Below are positions 51,960 to 64,000 of a stretch of DNA of 64,000 bases, piece after piece (positions within the stretch are counted from its first letter, which is position 1; every line of letters begins with the position of its first letter). The position numbers were made by a program, and so were the translations under genes. Below the pieces are notes generated by a model. That model did no database searches and was not told where the DNA came from. It saw nothing but the letters and a program-made list of their open reading frames with translations. Source of the stretch: Nymphaea colorata (Eukaryota); the NCBI RefSeq assembly GCF_008831285.2, contig NC_045138.2:20522001-20586000 (forward strand), written 5' to 3'.

Positions 51960-52430
51960 AGAAGCCACCGATGTTGGACGAGGCAGCGAGTCCAAAACCG
52001 TCAATGGAAAGGCGTCTTGCGGTCGCCCTTTTGACTCGTTTTTGCCTGTTCGAGGCGTCCACGAGCCACGAGTCGAAGGGCGTCGCTTCGCGGCTGCTTC
52101 GCGGAAGGGGTGACGTCAGGGGGATGACGCAGGCCCCGTGGGCTGACGTGGTCGTCCGGCAACCGCACCGGTGCAATCGCAGCCGGTGAAAATGCCGGCC
52201 CGGCCCGGGAGGCCGCTAGCGTCCAAGCGGTGTGACGTAAGGGATGAGCGAAACTCCGGTGGCCGGGCGGGGTGGGGACCGGCGGCCTGCGCTGAGCGAC
52301 ACGTGGTGGTCAAATGGAGCGTGGTCAGCGGCGGAGCCTGGTAACGTGGTGGGCGCCGGCCGCACTCGTGGTCCCGGCACGTGTGCGAGGGCGTCGTCTG
52401 GTGCCCGTGGGCGCTCTATAAATGGCAGCG
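51960..52430 (+). promoter_or_regulatory. GC-rich proximal promoter of the NAC gene with as-1/TGACG, G-box/ABRE elements and TATA box
   Basis: TGACGTCA 52111, TGACGC 52125, TGACGTGG 52144, TGACGTAA 52233, CACGTG 52300 and 52378, AACGTGG 52343, TATAAAT 52417-52423 (about 180 nt before the ATG). Sharp GC island in AT-rich surroundings. Confidence 0.8.
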
Positions 52431-52599
52431 CCTCCGCCTCGTCATCAACGTTTTGAGAACAGCAGCGAAGTGTTGGAAGGAGGAAGAGGAAGAGGAATTA
52501 CTATTTGGTATTCAGTTTTCTCTTCTTGGGAAGGTTTTCTGGTTTCGATTTCTCTGCTTTTAGAGGGAGAAAGAGGAGGGGAAAGAGAGAGAAGGGGAA

Positions 52600-52769
52600 A
52601 TGACGGCAGATCTTCATCTTCCACCTGGCTTCAGGTTCCATCCGACAGACGAGGAGCTGGTTTATCACTACCTCTGCAGAAAATGTGCATCGCAGCCAAT
52701 TTCAGTGCCAATAATAGCAGAAGTTGATCTCTACAAGTTTGATCCATGGCAGCTGCCAGGTGTGTCTCT

Positions 52770-52807
<38 letters not shown>

Positions 52808-54863
52808 AAAATCCGGTATTCAAATTCTTTGTTTTTTTTTTTTGAAAGACTTGGGGGTTGTAAGTTTAATGATTTTTCTAACATGGAAGGGAAGTGTTTT
52901 AAAAATTCTGTTTTTTTATTATGTTAAGGATTTTGGTACTCGGATTTGGTTATCTTTGATTGGTTTCTTAGGAAAAAAAAAAGTTGGTTTTTCATTTTAT
53001 TAAGTTTGGGAATTTTAGCCACTTTTGGGGAGTATTGATTCGTTTGAGTTTTAGCATAATTTTAATCTGTTCTTCAGCTAGAACTCTGTTGAGGGAAAGG
53101 AGAGTTAAAAAGAGGAAGAACTTTGTCGACTACCACTTCTGTTTTTGTAAACTTTTTAAGTTGAAATTTCTGAAACTTTTCCGGAGAACTGATCTCCCTT
53201 TATCTGATTTTTACTTTGATTCAGTCTTCTTCTCAATTAAAAATTGTTTTCTATGAACCCTTCTCAAGGAAACAAATAAAAAGAAAGGAGAGAGAGCTAA
53301 TACATATAAGAACAGAGTAAAAACCAGAGAACCATGTTTGGTAGTTCTTGATTGTTGGCATGCAGTACACAGGCGTCTGATCTTTGTTCATTAATTGGTG
53401 TGATTTCAGCGATGGCTCTGTATGGAGAGAAGGAATGGTTCTTCTTCTCCCCAAGGGACAGGAAGTACCCCAACGGATCGAGGCCCAACAGGGCCGCAGG
53501 CACCGGCTACTGGAAGGCGACCGGCGCCGACAAGCCGGTCGGAAGCCCGAAGCCGGTCGGAATCAAGAAGGCCCTGGTCTTCTACGCCGGCAAAGCACCC
53601 AAGGGGGAGAAGACGGACTGGATCATGCACGAGTACCGCCTCGCAGACGTCGATCGCTCTGCCCGCAAGAAGAACAGCTTAAGGGTAAGATCCCACGAAC
53701 CTTTTTTTTTTCTCCTTTCTTCCCCGCGTCTCCAAACTGAAGAAAAGGTTAAGGTCATGAACTTTGTCGATCTCGAACCGTATGAAGTCTCACCAAGTTC
53801 GTGATCCCCGAGCCTGGTGTCTTTTTTAAAATTCCTTTTTCCTAATCTAAAGGCGACAGAGTTCGCGAACTTTGTCGTTTTCTTTTCTTTTTCCGGTATG
53901 AACTTTGGTGGGCAGAACTTGATTTTTTTTTCAGTCAAGAAACGCCAAAGTAGCTTCCCACCATGGCCCTTTAAATTTTTTTTCCGCTTTTTATTTTTAG
54001 TAAATTATTAATTTTTCAAATTCTGGAGCTTATCTGTACATCATGTGTCGAATTCATGGCCTTAGAATTCCTTTTCTTTTTTTAGTCGTAAATCACAATC
54101 TGTGTGACCACTATGCAATTGTGTCGTCGTCCTGTTACTTTCTGAAACTTTCGTTCGAGTTCATGAACTTGTTCGCCTATCAGATACAGCCAAACACGCC
54201 CCTGATTTGACATGTTAAACGTCTGAGGGGAAGGCCCTTGCCTAGTGGCCCTTTCTTGTCGACAAGTGACTTTCGTGTCTTGTCTCGGTCATATCGTAGT
54301 TACAATCATATTCCTAATCACATTCGCAATCATGTTCATGATCATTATAACGATTTTGGCACAGCCAAACAGGATCTCTGACAAAAAGAGTTTCCATTGT
54401 GCAGCTGGATGATTGGGTCCTGTGTAGAATCTACAACAAGAAGGGCTTCTCCCACATGCCAGTGAAGCCCAAGCCCAGCAACAGCAGCAATAGTTGGGAG
54501 TACAACAGCAGCATGGTGGAGGAAGAGAAGCCGGAGGTGACCCACCTGAACCGAACCCAGCTCATGGCTCGGCCCCCCGCCGACTTCGTCCAGATGGACA
54601 GCTCGGACTCGGTCCCCCGGCTGCACGCCACCGACTCGAGCTGCTCCGAGCACGTCTTGTCGCCGGAGATCACGTGTGACCGCGAGGTCCAGAGCGAGTT
54701 CAAGTGGAAGGAATGGGAGAGGGGATTCGATTCCGGGGTCACCTTTGAGAGCTTGATGAGCTCCTCCTTCCCTCAGCTGGAGGACCCCCAGTATCCCCCT
54801 CAGCCACTGCTGAGAGAGCCTTCCTTCAGTGATGTCCTCATGTTCTTGCAGAAGCCCTTCTAG
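52600..54863 (+). CDS. NAC-domain transcription factor, ATAF subgroup (ATAF1/ATAF2/ANAC032-like); 3 exons, 297 aa
   Basis: Exons 52600-52759, 53410-53684, 54405-54863 (894 nt). NAC subdomains [68 protein letters not shown] and [17 protein letters not shown]-type C-terminus [21 protein letters not shown]...REVQSEFKW...MFLQKPF. Confidence 0.96.
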
Positions 54864-55424
54864 ATGTTTGCCTCATGGATGTCACATTCTTTCGCATGCT
54901 TGTGAGCGGCAACATGTGGATCTATCAGCTGTTGAAACGTGGCGGCAGCGGTGGCGGCATATGCGAGTATGAGTGCAGCCACGGCATATCAAAGTATGGG
55001 CGGCGCCGCCATGTCTAGGGCATATGCATGCACAACCCAACCTTGTATTAGATGTGTATACATAGTACATAGATGCATACATACAAGTTCTATTTGGGCT
55101 GATTTGTGCCCAATAGGCAAGCTCTTTAATGTATGTAATATTCAATATATGGGAAAGAGAAGGGTAGGATTTCAGATTAAAATGGTAGTCCATTTGCTTC
55201 ATTAGGTAGTGCCAATCGAGTTTGTAACAACATCACAAGGATCATATTGATTTCATTGGATTGAAAAGTTCATAAGGCTTCTTCCTTGTTGGTGAAAGGA
55301 CCATGTGGGTTAGAAAATGTTAACCAAACATGTGTTAATCTCCTTCCAAGCATTGCAGAAGAGAACTATAAAAGTGAAATAAATATCTTTCATCCCAGGC
55401 TTGTGGATTGACCAGACTTGAACA

Positions 55425-55570
55425 AGCAATTGGCCGCCTATCAGTCGCCGGTTAACTAGCAATTGGCCGCCTATCAGTCGCCGGTTAACTAGCAACTAGC
55501 CACCTATTAGCTGTCGGTTAAATAGCAACTAGCCGCCTATCAACCAGCAACTAGCCACCTATCAACCGCA
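55425..55570 (+). repeat. Degenerating ~32-bp tandem repeat downstream of the NAC gene (possibly LTR-derived)
   Basis: AGCAATTGGCCGCCTATCAGTCGCCGGTTAACT twice exactly, then divergent copies. Confidence 0.8.
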
Positions 55571-57003
55571 GGATGGATTAAATGCACAAATCTCCTTGGG
55601 GCTCATATTTGTCAAGTAAACCAAAGTTAGGAAACCCATGAGAATATCTAGAACCACTCATTTATGCATGTTCTCATTTGCATGGCCTCAGTTCTGGGCA
55701 TCAAAGTTTTGGTAAAAGCTTCAACCGGTACAACGTCTGCCGTGGAATTAATTACTGTTGGAATGAACTCCAAACTGCAATTGTTGGAGCTAATAAGGGA
55801 ACTAATGATATGCAGGCAAACATGAAACTTGTAGCTAACTCTTGCCATGGCGGAAGGAGAAACAAACTTTATGGAGGCGCATTCATTCACAGTTTTTTAT
55901 ATCTAAAGGGGCATTACGTATATAGCAGAACAAATATTTGAAAATGTTAATATAAAAATAAAGAAATATTGAAGGGCTGGTGCGGCTCTGCTCCTGCTTG
56001 CCTGCTAGAAAGAACAATAAAAAAAAGTGCTCTCCCTTTTTATGAAAGAGTCAATGATAAAAACCTTTTGACATGTAAAAACAATCTATTCTGAATGAGC
56101 AGGGACACTCAATCCTCACCCAACCCCTCCTTCACTTTAAGAGTCGTTTGGCAACAACGATACAGTTACTGTCCAATGAATTTTCTCCAAAAAATTGAAC
56201 AGATTTAACGAACAACATATTATTGGGTGTCATGAATCTGCCTCATTTTTTAAGATAAATTTATGAGACCGTAACAATATTTGCTTTCTGAGTGACGAAT
56301 ACCGTTAAGATAAATTCATGAGACCCTAACAAATCTGCCTCATTTTTATAATCAACTAAGATACATTATTTGCTTTGGGTGTGATGAATACCGTTCCGTT
56401 GCATTTCAACTTGTGCATTGGCGATGCCCCATTATTCGAAAAGGAAACTGGGGCCGCCTGCTAACCCCCCACGTCGTTCGTCCTTTGTACCAACCCTTTC
56501 GGTCTAATCATTCAAGAAAAAAAAAAAACTAGCTGTAGGAAATTTGTGGGTAGCTATCTAATCAACTTTGATCATTCACAAAGTGCCATATAGAAAGTTA
56601 TCTATTTTGAAAGGTGAATGAAAACTATATTTTTGGCGGTGGAAATTGGCTTTATGAATGACATAACTTTATATGAACTGTTCATCAAGTTTATTGGACA
56701 ATTCATAGTGTACATGATTTTCATATGCACTTATAATTTAGTCCATATATTCCATTAACCCATATATGTACAAGCTTTTGAAATACATGTCCTAATTAAG
56801 CATAACTGAGAACAACGTAGACTCACATCCAACAGCTGCCACATGTGTTCTCTTAAAAATGGGAATCATCAAGATAATTTGATTAATGTGTCCTAAAAAA
56901 TTTATTTAAGAAATAATATCAAAGGCTTTTAATGTTTTATGTTGGGGCACACCAAAAGTTGGGAAGCTCATGTGTATGCGCTCGCCCGTTCACACACACA
57001 CAC

Positions 57004-57034
<31 letters not shown>

Positions 57035-58834
57035 CTCTGAAGACACCAACCCTAAGTAATATGGTCCAAGATGGTGTCAGGAGCCCCAGAATCAAACATG
57101 GCTCTACCGTTGAAGAAGGTGCCACGTTGATCATAGTTTGATGCTTGTGGTGCAAAACTGTAGATGAGATGTGGCCCTTTTCTCGGCCACTAAAACTCTG
57201 GCGCATCCCGGAAAAGGGGCGTGCGCCCAAAGTATCTATTCCAATGTCTCAACTTGAGAAAGGCAGTACTGGCATCCCTTACTCCTTCTCCCAAAGGCAT
57301 TTCCCTCAAGGACATGGCAGTCGAAAGCGCACAAATTTGAGAGAATATTTAGGTTAGTATATTTGGTTATGTTTTTCATGAGTAGTTTTCATACCACCAG
57401 AGCCAAAGCTTTCATTTAATGGCGGACCTACCCTTTACAGATTTTTGTATCCTAAAGAGCACTCACATAACAGACCAATATTAATTGAAAATAAAAAAGA
57501 TTTTGAGTGCTGGTGTGGACAACCGAGGTTACAGAAAACACATTTTTTTTGAAAAAACACAAAATAACAGCGGTGTCCACCCTCCCTGTTCAAGCTGTCA
57601 TGATGTAGTAAATTAAATGGCCGTTCAAAACTAATGAAAAAAACATGTTCAAAACAAAAAAACATGTTTTTAACACGTTTTTTCGTGTTTTTTTTACTTT
57701 TTTATTTTTAGTTTTTTTAATGCCAAATAGTTTTTTTTTATTTAATGCAAATCTACTTATCTTTTGGTGTTTTTATTATTAGATTTTCACCGATTTTATT
57801 TGGTCTCATTTTTATTTTTTAAAATTTTACCGTATTTTTTTTTATTTTTTTAAGTTCGATATATTATATCCGAAAAAAACCTTGCCGTTTAAAACTCTGA
57901 GACGTTTCTTGTGACAACTGGGGTTGCTTAGGATGCTGGCCCCACTACACTTCAACTTAAACATTTGTAACATCTCATTTGCAACACAAAGAGTTGACAT
58001 CTTAAAGATTTAAAATGAAAACTGATCACCTACCAACCCTGGCTTCATTCATTGCACTAACCCTCTTGAAGACTATATGGTTATGTTGATTAAGGAATCT
58101 CAACCATCATACCATGTTAAAGAAAAAGATTGGCCACAAAGTTCAATAAAAATAAGACAACCCATCAAGTTTTCATGAACCCTAAGCCAACGGGTACAAG
58201 AATTAGTGGGAAAAAAAAATCAAAACAATAGAGGACAAAATTTTATCTTTCATTTTGTTACAAATTCATATATGACGTCCGTCGAGTCTTAGATTCTGGA
58301 AGCACACAAACAAATATAAAAAAAGGAAAGTGCATGGAGATGCATCGGAATTTGATCTTATGGTTGTTTCATCCATCTATCCGGAACAAAAAGTACACAA
58401 CCAATTATGTGGATCTGACGGATTTGAGCGCTGCCAAACATAACCACTAAATTGCATTCATGGAATCATTTGATCATGTCAATCATTATGGAATCAACTC
58501 AAAAGCTAAGTTGTCAAATAAAAGAGCAACGATCATTAAGTTTTCGATCTCAAAGTTACTTTAAAAACGATGCCTATCTGTTAGTATAAACAATTGACAG
58601 TAATGGTGAGTAATCAGATATCTGGAAAAAGTTCCGAAGTACAAATATAGCGTTAGATATTGTACGAGGGCCTTCCATTTTTCGCTCTACTGCATCTGAT
58701 TCCGTCCCCACTGCACACAATTTTTACCTATTCATTTTTTCTGTTGCACAGGATCAGATTCTAAGAACTTGATCCAACCTGTTCATCTGCTCATGGCCTT
58801 ACCCATTCCCATCCTTATCCGTGATTAAGCTTAA

Positions 58835-59056
58835 GGTGCCGTTTGATGACAGGGTAAAATTTAGAACACTAAATTTACTATGGAAAAAAGTCCATGGTAA
58901 AAGGTCGGACCCTTCGAGGTCCGACTTTTTTGCAGGGTAAAATTACTCTGATCCATCTAATTTGACATGGTAATTTTTCTTGTGTTTGATTTGAAAGTGA
59001 AAAACTATACAAAGATGGCAAGTTTCCCCGATGCATAGTAAACATCAAATGGGGCC
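58835..59056. mobile_element. Tourist-like (PIF/Harbinger) MITE
   Basis: TIR GGTGCCGTTTGATG / CATCAAATGGGGCC, TSD TAA/TAA, internal palindrome AAAGGTCGGACC..GGTCCGACTTT. Confidence 0.75.
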
Positions 59057-59343
59057 TAAGAGGGGTTTGATAATAGGAATACTAATATAGTATTTTATGA
59101 ACTACTGTTTCACGAATCTGCTCTAATTTTTAATATAGATTTACGTAACACTGTGTTAGTATTTCCCGCAATGGTGAATTATCATCATTGACGCCTTCAC
59201 ATTTTTCTACTTGTTTACCTATGGCTGCCTCCTAAAGCTTAACATTTACGATATTAGTGAGCCTTAGTCAGAAATTTCTGCCTTACCCTGTTCTAGACCC
59301 CAACACTTATTAATTGCACACCAACCTAAAGCTTGACATATCA

Positions 59344-59346
<3 letters not shown>

Positions 59347-59418
<72 letters not shown>
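59347..59418. repeat. (TA)n microsatellite; others at ~15719, 15903, 22888, 23262, 37577, 45492, 46102, 50124, 62871
   Basis: Pure TA dinucleotide run, directly visible. Confidence 0.95.
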
Positions 59419-59421
<3 letters not shown>

Positions 59422-60559
59422 CTAGACGAAATGAGAAAGAGGTATATTAACAGCTCTATCATTAAATGGAGTGGAACAAGAAGGATGAATGCTGAGATTG
59501 CAACGCCGAGTAATGCTGTATGGAGGTCAAAGTTAGAAAGGACCACCAGATGCATCAAGTAGGACCAACGGGAAGTTGGTGTGTCAAAGGGGTTTAGATT
59601 TATCCCATTGCCGACTCCAATGTAAATCCACTGAACCGGATTTGCGAAAAAAAGAAATTAAAGAGGATCTAGTTTCTATATAAATGGATTCAAAGAAAAA
59701 TATCTATGCAGTGACAAAATCAAATTCAAAGCCCGAGTTCTAAACATGACCGGTTGTTCTGACTACATGTAAAAGGTTTGGTTTTGGAAAATAAGATCAA
59801 AGTCCAAATTTCTGACTTTGGATCAGATTAGGTCAGATTAATGAGATCCAGCTAGCAGACGACTGAAATAGTCGAAGCCTTTTACTTTTGCAGCCACTCT
59901 CAGCGCAAGTAATTTGACTCTCTTCTCTCACTAGATCTTCCTCTTTTACAAAGTAAAAAAAGGAGGTTTCTAAAAGGACAAAAGAGAAGTTATGACAATA
60001 TTAAAAGTCTGGAAGAGGGTAGGAAGTTTCTCATGGCACCATTCACTAAAGTGCAGAGAAAATAAAGACATAGATTCAATTCAATAGATTGTCTTTAGAT
60101 GGCATCTTCAACAAAGGATGTTTTGTAAAATTCAAGTTTTGTGATAATCTAGTTTTTAAACCACTTTTAAAGCTTTTTTGTAAAAATAATAAAAAATTCT
60201 GGAAAGGCTTATTCAAGCCATTTTGAAAGCATAGTTGTGTCCAAATTGGGTTTTCACAAATCCAGTTTTATGAAGCATGGGCACCAGGCCGGGTACCTGT
60301 AAGGTATCTGGTATTCGACCGAACTCAGGCTCAGGCTTAGAAATTGAATTTCAGGCCGGCTCGATAAGTTGTCGAGCCGGCCAAGGTGGGCCCAACTCAA
60401 CCCGATAATTTATATTTAATAACATTTTATTATTTATATATTTAATTATATATATTTTATTATAATTTCATTATATTTGTATATTATTTTATATTAAAAA
60501 TATATTTTTTAATGTTAATCGACTGGAAGGCTTGCCCTAAATGTAATTTCAAACAAGCT

Positions 60560-61260
60560 ACCATACCTTTTCACCACGCTTTTAAAGTGTGATGACCAAC
60601 AGGTCATATGAAGCCAATCTTTGGTTTAATTCCAGTAAGAACACACACCAAAGGAGGCATACACTGTTAGAAAGAGAATCCGATTTTATATTGCGAGCAA
60701 GCAACAAAGTCTCTCGATCCGAGTACATGGTTTGTTGCATGACCTTCTTCACCATGTATCAATGCGCCGTTAGATTCAATCCCTGCAACATAAAATCCCC
60801 CTTACAGGACTAGTGGCTCTCATGGATTCTAAAACTCTGTCTGCATTTTATGGCAGCCAAAACCCCGCCGGCTGCCTCCACCGAACCTCCTGGTACCACT
60901 TGCTAAAGCTTCGAGCACACCATTTTCTGCCAGGATTTCAAGTCCATGGTATGGAATCTTTTCGACGGGGGCAGACTGTGATTGTTCGTCATACCAACAG
61001 CCACGGTAGACCACAGGAATGCCAAAATCTGAGGGCCAAACATGGAGCTGTGAAGATTGTGAGGCTGAGAAGAGTCCTTGAGTACTCACAATTATTATGT
61101 GTCCCCTGTGAATATTTTCATGGTGTGGCTGAGATGACGCTTATCAGATCGTTCCAGATCTTTCATGGCATGGCCGGAAGTTGTACATCCTCCTTGGCCA
61201 CTTGGTGGTTGTTGTCTAGCAATCGTGTCGATGGCCGTTGAGTATTCAATGGCGTCATCT
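60560..61260 (-). pseudogene. Possible heavily decayed WD40 (JINGUBANG-like) gene fragment
   Basis: Collinear minus-strand motifs across frameshifts: KIWNDL, SVIS..KIFTG, QGLFSAS...HVW.SDF, YDE, LKSWQK, GGVL.(G)HK. Spacing is compressed and a TE origin is not excluded. Confidence 0.35.
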
Positions 61261-62433
61261 GTATGTTTTTTTTATTGCCTTTGCAGTGAGTTGTCCGTTT
61301 TAATGCGTAGAGTGGGAAATTATTCTTAAAGGAAATCTGGGCAGTTTTAAAAAATTGAAAAATCAAGAGCATGAGGTGGAAAGTCATGAAACCGTAGGCG
61401 TTTTTAGTTAGTATTTGGTTTTCTGTCAAAAGATATTCTAGATCGTTAAAGGTTTTGAAGCAAAACTCATAGGGTGGGTATAGGAAGTAGGTATAGGAAG
61501 GGCAGTGACCTCTTTTAAGGGTGGTGAAATAAACCACTTATCCTTAAAAAAAAAAGTTAACTTATATTATCAAATATTCTTTTGCAATATCTGGAAATAT
61601 CATGACATTTTCTCAATACTATTGGCTGTTCTTGAAATGCCCGTAAGAGTTTCATTTTTCTCAAAAGATTTGAAGATAATATCAGTAACTCTGTCATTAG
61701 AAAGCTATTCATCGTACCATTTGATTTACTGACGCAGGAGTGGAGCATCAAAGTCTATTTCTCATAGTTTGGATTTTGTTTGTTATTCTCTTTTATTTAG
61801 ATCCACATTCATTGATCCACTTTTATTTTATAGACTCATGTGTAATCAGTTTTGAGTTATGAAATCCCGAAATCTCCCTAGTTTAGTTTGGGTGAGCAGG
61901 AGGAAATCTGTATCGGTGCCATTCTTTTGCAGCACATAAATTAATATGCTATGAAAGTTTGAAACGAGAACTAGCCGGCTACTAACCTCCACTTAACGGT
62001 GAGTTACATGAAAAATCCTCTCAAATATAGTGAGTCTATACACAAAAACTCCCTAAGGGTCAAGTTGCAAGCGGATTGGATATGGCTTGAGGGTCTTGTT
62101 ATGACATCAGATTCGGGCCCAGTCCTCTATTAATATATATAACTTATTCTGATCGGATATTGGTTGCAACGTGTATGCAGTTGAGAGAAAAAGAGTAGTG
62201 AAATATTTATATATTATTCGGATCCCAGATATTGCAACCTTCTAGTAACTTGCTGGGGACCAGATGCCATCGATAAATCCTAATCTTGTCGGACAGAGAC
62301 TCCGGCTAGGGGATTGATCAGTGAATGTGTGGATGCCAATTTTATTAGATTGTGTGTAATGCTTGTGTTCCGAGTATGACCTCAAATAGTTAGATTCAAT
62401 GATAAGGTCAATTCATTCTAATTTGGTATACGT

Positions 62434-62467
<34 letters not shown>

Positions 62468-62866
62468 ACACTAAATGACAGCTCAAACTAGCCAGCTATC
62501 TAACCAGGGTCATCCAGTTCAGTTTATCTTCAGATAGATAGTTAAGAGAAAAATAAAGAGAAAAAAGTATGCATTAATACTAAATGATACCCATCAATTT
62601 TTTTTATCCTAACTATCCATCATGATAGATCAGATAACTATCCATCATGATAGATCAGATAGTTTAGTAACTCTAAAAAACCAAAAAGCCAACCTCTAAG
62701 GCTGAATAGTTTTATTTATGCAACATTAGCAACCGTGTAAGTAGAGCATTTCATGATGGCAGTTGATTGGTCATAATTCTTAATCAATGGAATGCACCAT
62801 TTGAAATGGTTTTTAGCATTATAAAATATTGAAAAAAAAGAAATTAGACTATAGTGGTAGCTGGCT

Positions 62867-62937
<71 letters not shown>

Positions 62938-63882
62938 ATTGCCCATTAGCTTATTGGATATACAGAATGGGTACAAATTGAATACCTCATGCCTTTCCTT
63001 TATGAAGATATGGCAATCACAATTTGCTTCAACATGGAAGAATATGCTTACCATTGAAATGGAGACTTTAAGCTGAAATATTGAGATATAAGTGTGCTAT
63101 ATATCTACACTATTTTGAGGGGAGGGAGAAGAGCCAGGAGAGCATCACTAAGATGGGAAAAAGAGGATATACATATCAAAAGCTACGATGGTCGTGACGG
63201 GATAAGTGAAAGGGAAAAAGAAAGTAGGGAATAAAGTTCCGTCTGTTTTGGTGGAGCTTTACTCCCCGTATTAAAGTTCTACAACCACCCAAAAAGTCCC
63301 CACACAAAATTTTCAAGTTTGTTAGAGATGAAACTTTTTAACAAATTTGAACTTTAGTTTAACTTTCATAATACAGTTCTACCAATTCAAACGGGCCTTT
63401 AAGGAGGAGACAAATGTTATTCTGCAGCTGGTAGACCGCGTCCCAATGCCGACAACCCAAAGAAAAACATAATATTTTTTTTTGTTGCTTGCAGATTAAG
63501 TATGTATTACTTATGATGTCCTTCAAAGAGAACCCCATCATATATATATATAGTTGGTATAACCAGACCACTTGAATAAGAGACAATGTAGCCTTATAGA
63601 TATGAGCTTGAGAATGATTTGGTAAGAAACATATATTAAGTTAGTTGTTTTCCTTACTTAAATAATGACTTTTATTAATAAAAAATAACTGGTTCTTATA
63701 AAATCAAAATTTTGGCAGTAGAAAGATTGATTTTGATTTTAAACAAAAGTTACTTAAACATTTATAAACACATTAAAGGTTCACATTTTGTTTAAAACAT
63801 TTTTTAACAAGAGTTCAAGAGGTCAGATATATATATATATATATAAAATAGAGAGAATCGTGCGAATGACAACATTGCCTTT

Positions 63883-64000
63883 ATGGGGGCAAAGCCAATG
63901 GGCCTGGCAGGGGCCATGAACCCCCTATGTTCTTGAAATGCAGTTTGACATTTCTAAAATTTTTAATTTGGCCCCTGTAATAATTTTCAAAACTATATAG
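63883..64000. mobile_element. CAGGGGCGGAGCC-type MITE truncated by the window end
   Basis: GGGGCAAAGCC...CTGGCAGGGGCCATG followed by the family core. Confidence 0.55.

Larger units (their letters stand above)
29650..52020 (+). repeat. Segmental tandem duplication, copy B (runs into the NAC promoter)
   Basis: Same anchors as copy A. It is longer partly because of copy-specific insertions (Copia relic, CACTA and hAT MITEs, a 47-bp tandem array). Confidence 0.9.

Noticed and set aside
51958..52563. Several overlapping ORFs upstream of the NAC ATG
   Set aside because: Due to the high GC of the promoter island; no protein-family motifs, and they overlap the TATA box and cis-elements.
53297..54742. 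Antisense and alternate-frame ORFs over NAC exons 2-3
   Set aside because: Shadows of GC3-rich coding sequence.

Overview
AT-rich flowering-plant genomic DNA (species not identifiable from sequence alone) with two intact intron-containing + strand genes. The first is CstF64, a polyadenylation cleavage stimulation factor (10 exons, 2614-12288, 535 aa). The second is an ATAF-subgroup NAC transcription factor (3 exons, 52600-54863, 297 aa) behind a GC-rich promoter packed with ACGT and as-1 elements. The ~40 kb between them has no intact gene. By eye it is an old, diverged tandem duplication: copy A (~13.8-28.2 kb) is collinear with copy B (~29.65-52.0 kb). Both copies carry the same decayed LINE and the same motif-rich non-coding blocks, but differ by an inversion and by independent TE insertions. 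Copy A stops where the NAC proximal promoter begins. The rest is MITEs (hAT-, CACTA- and Tourist-like), a Copia RT/RNase H relic with nested MITEs, (TA)n/(GA)n microsatellites, short tandem duplications and a possible WD40 pseudogene near 61 kb. All alignments were done by eye, and regulatory interpretations are inference.
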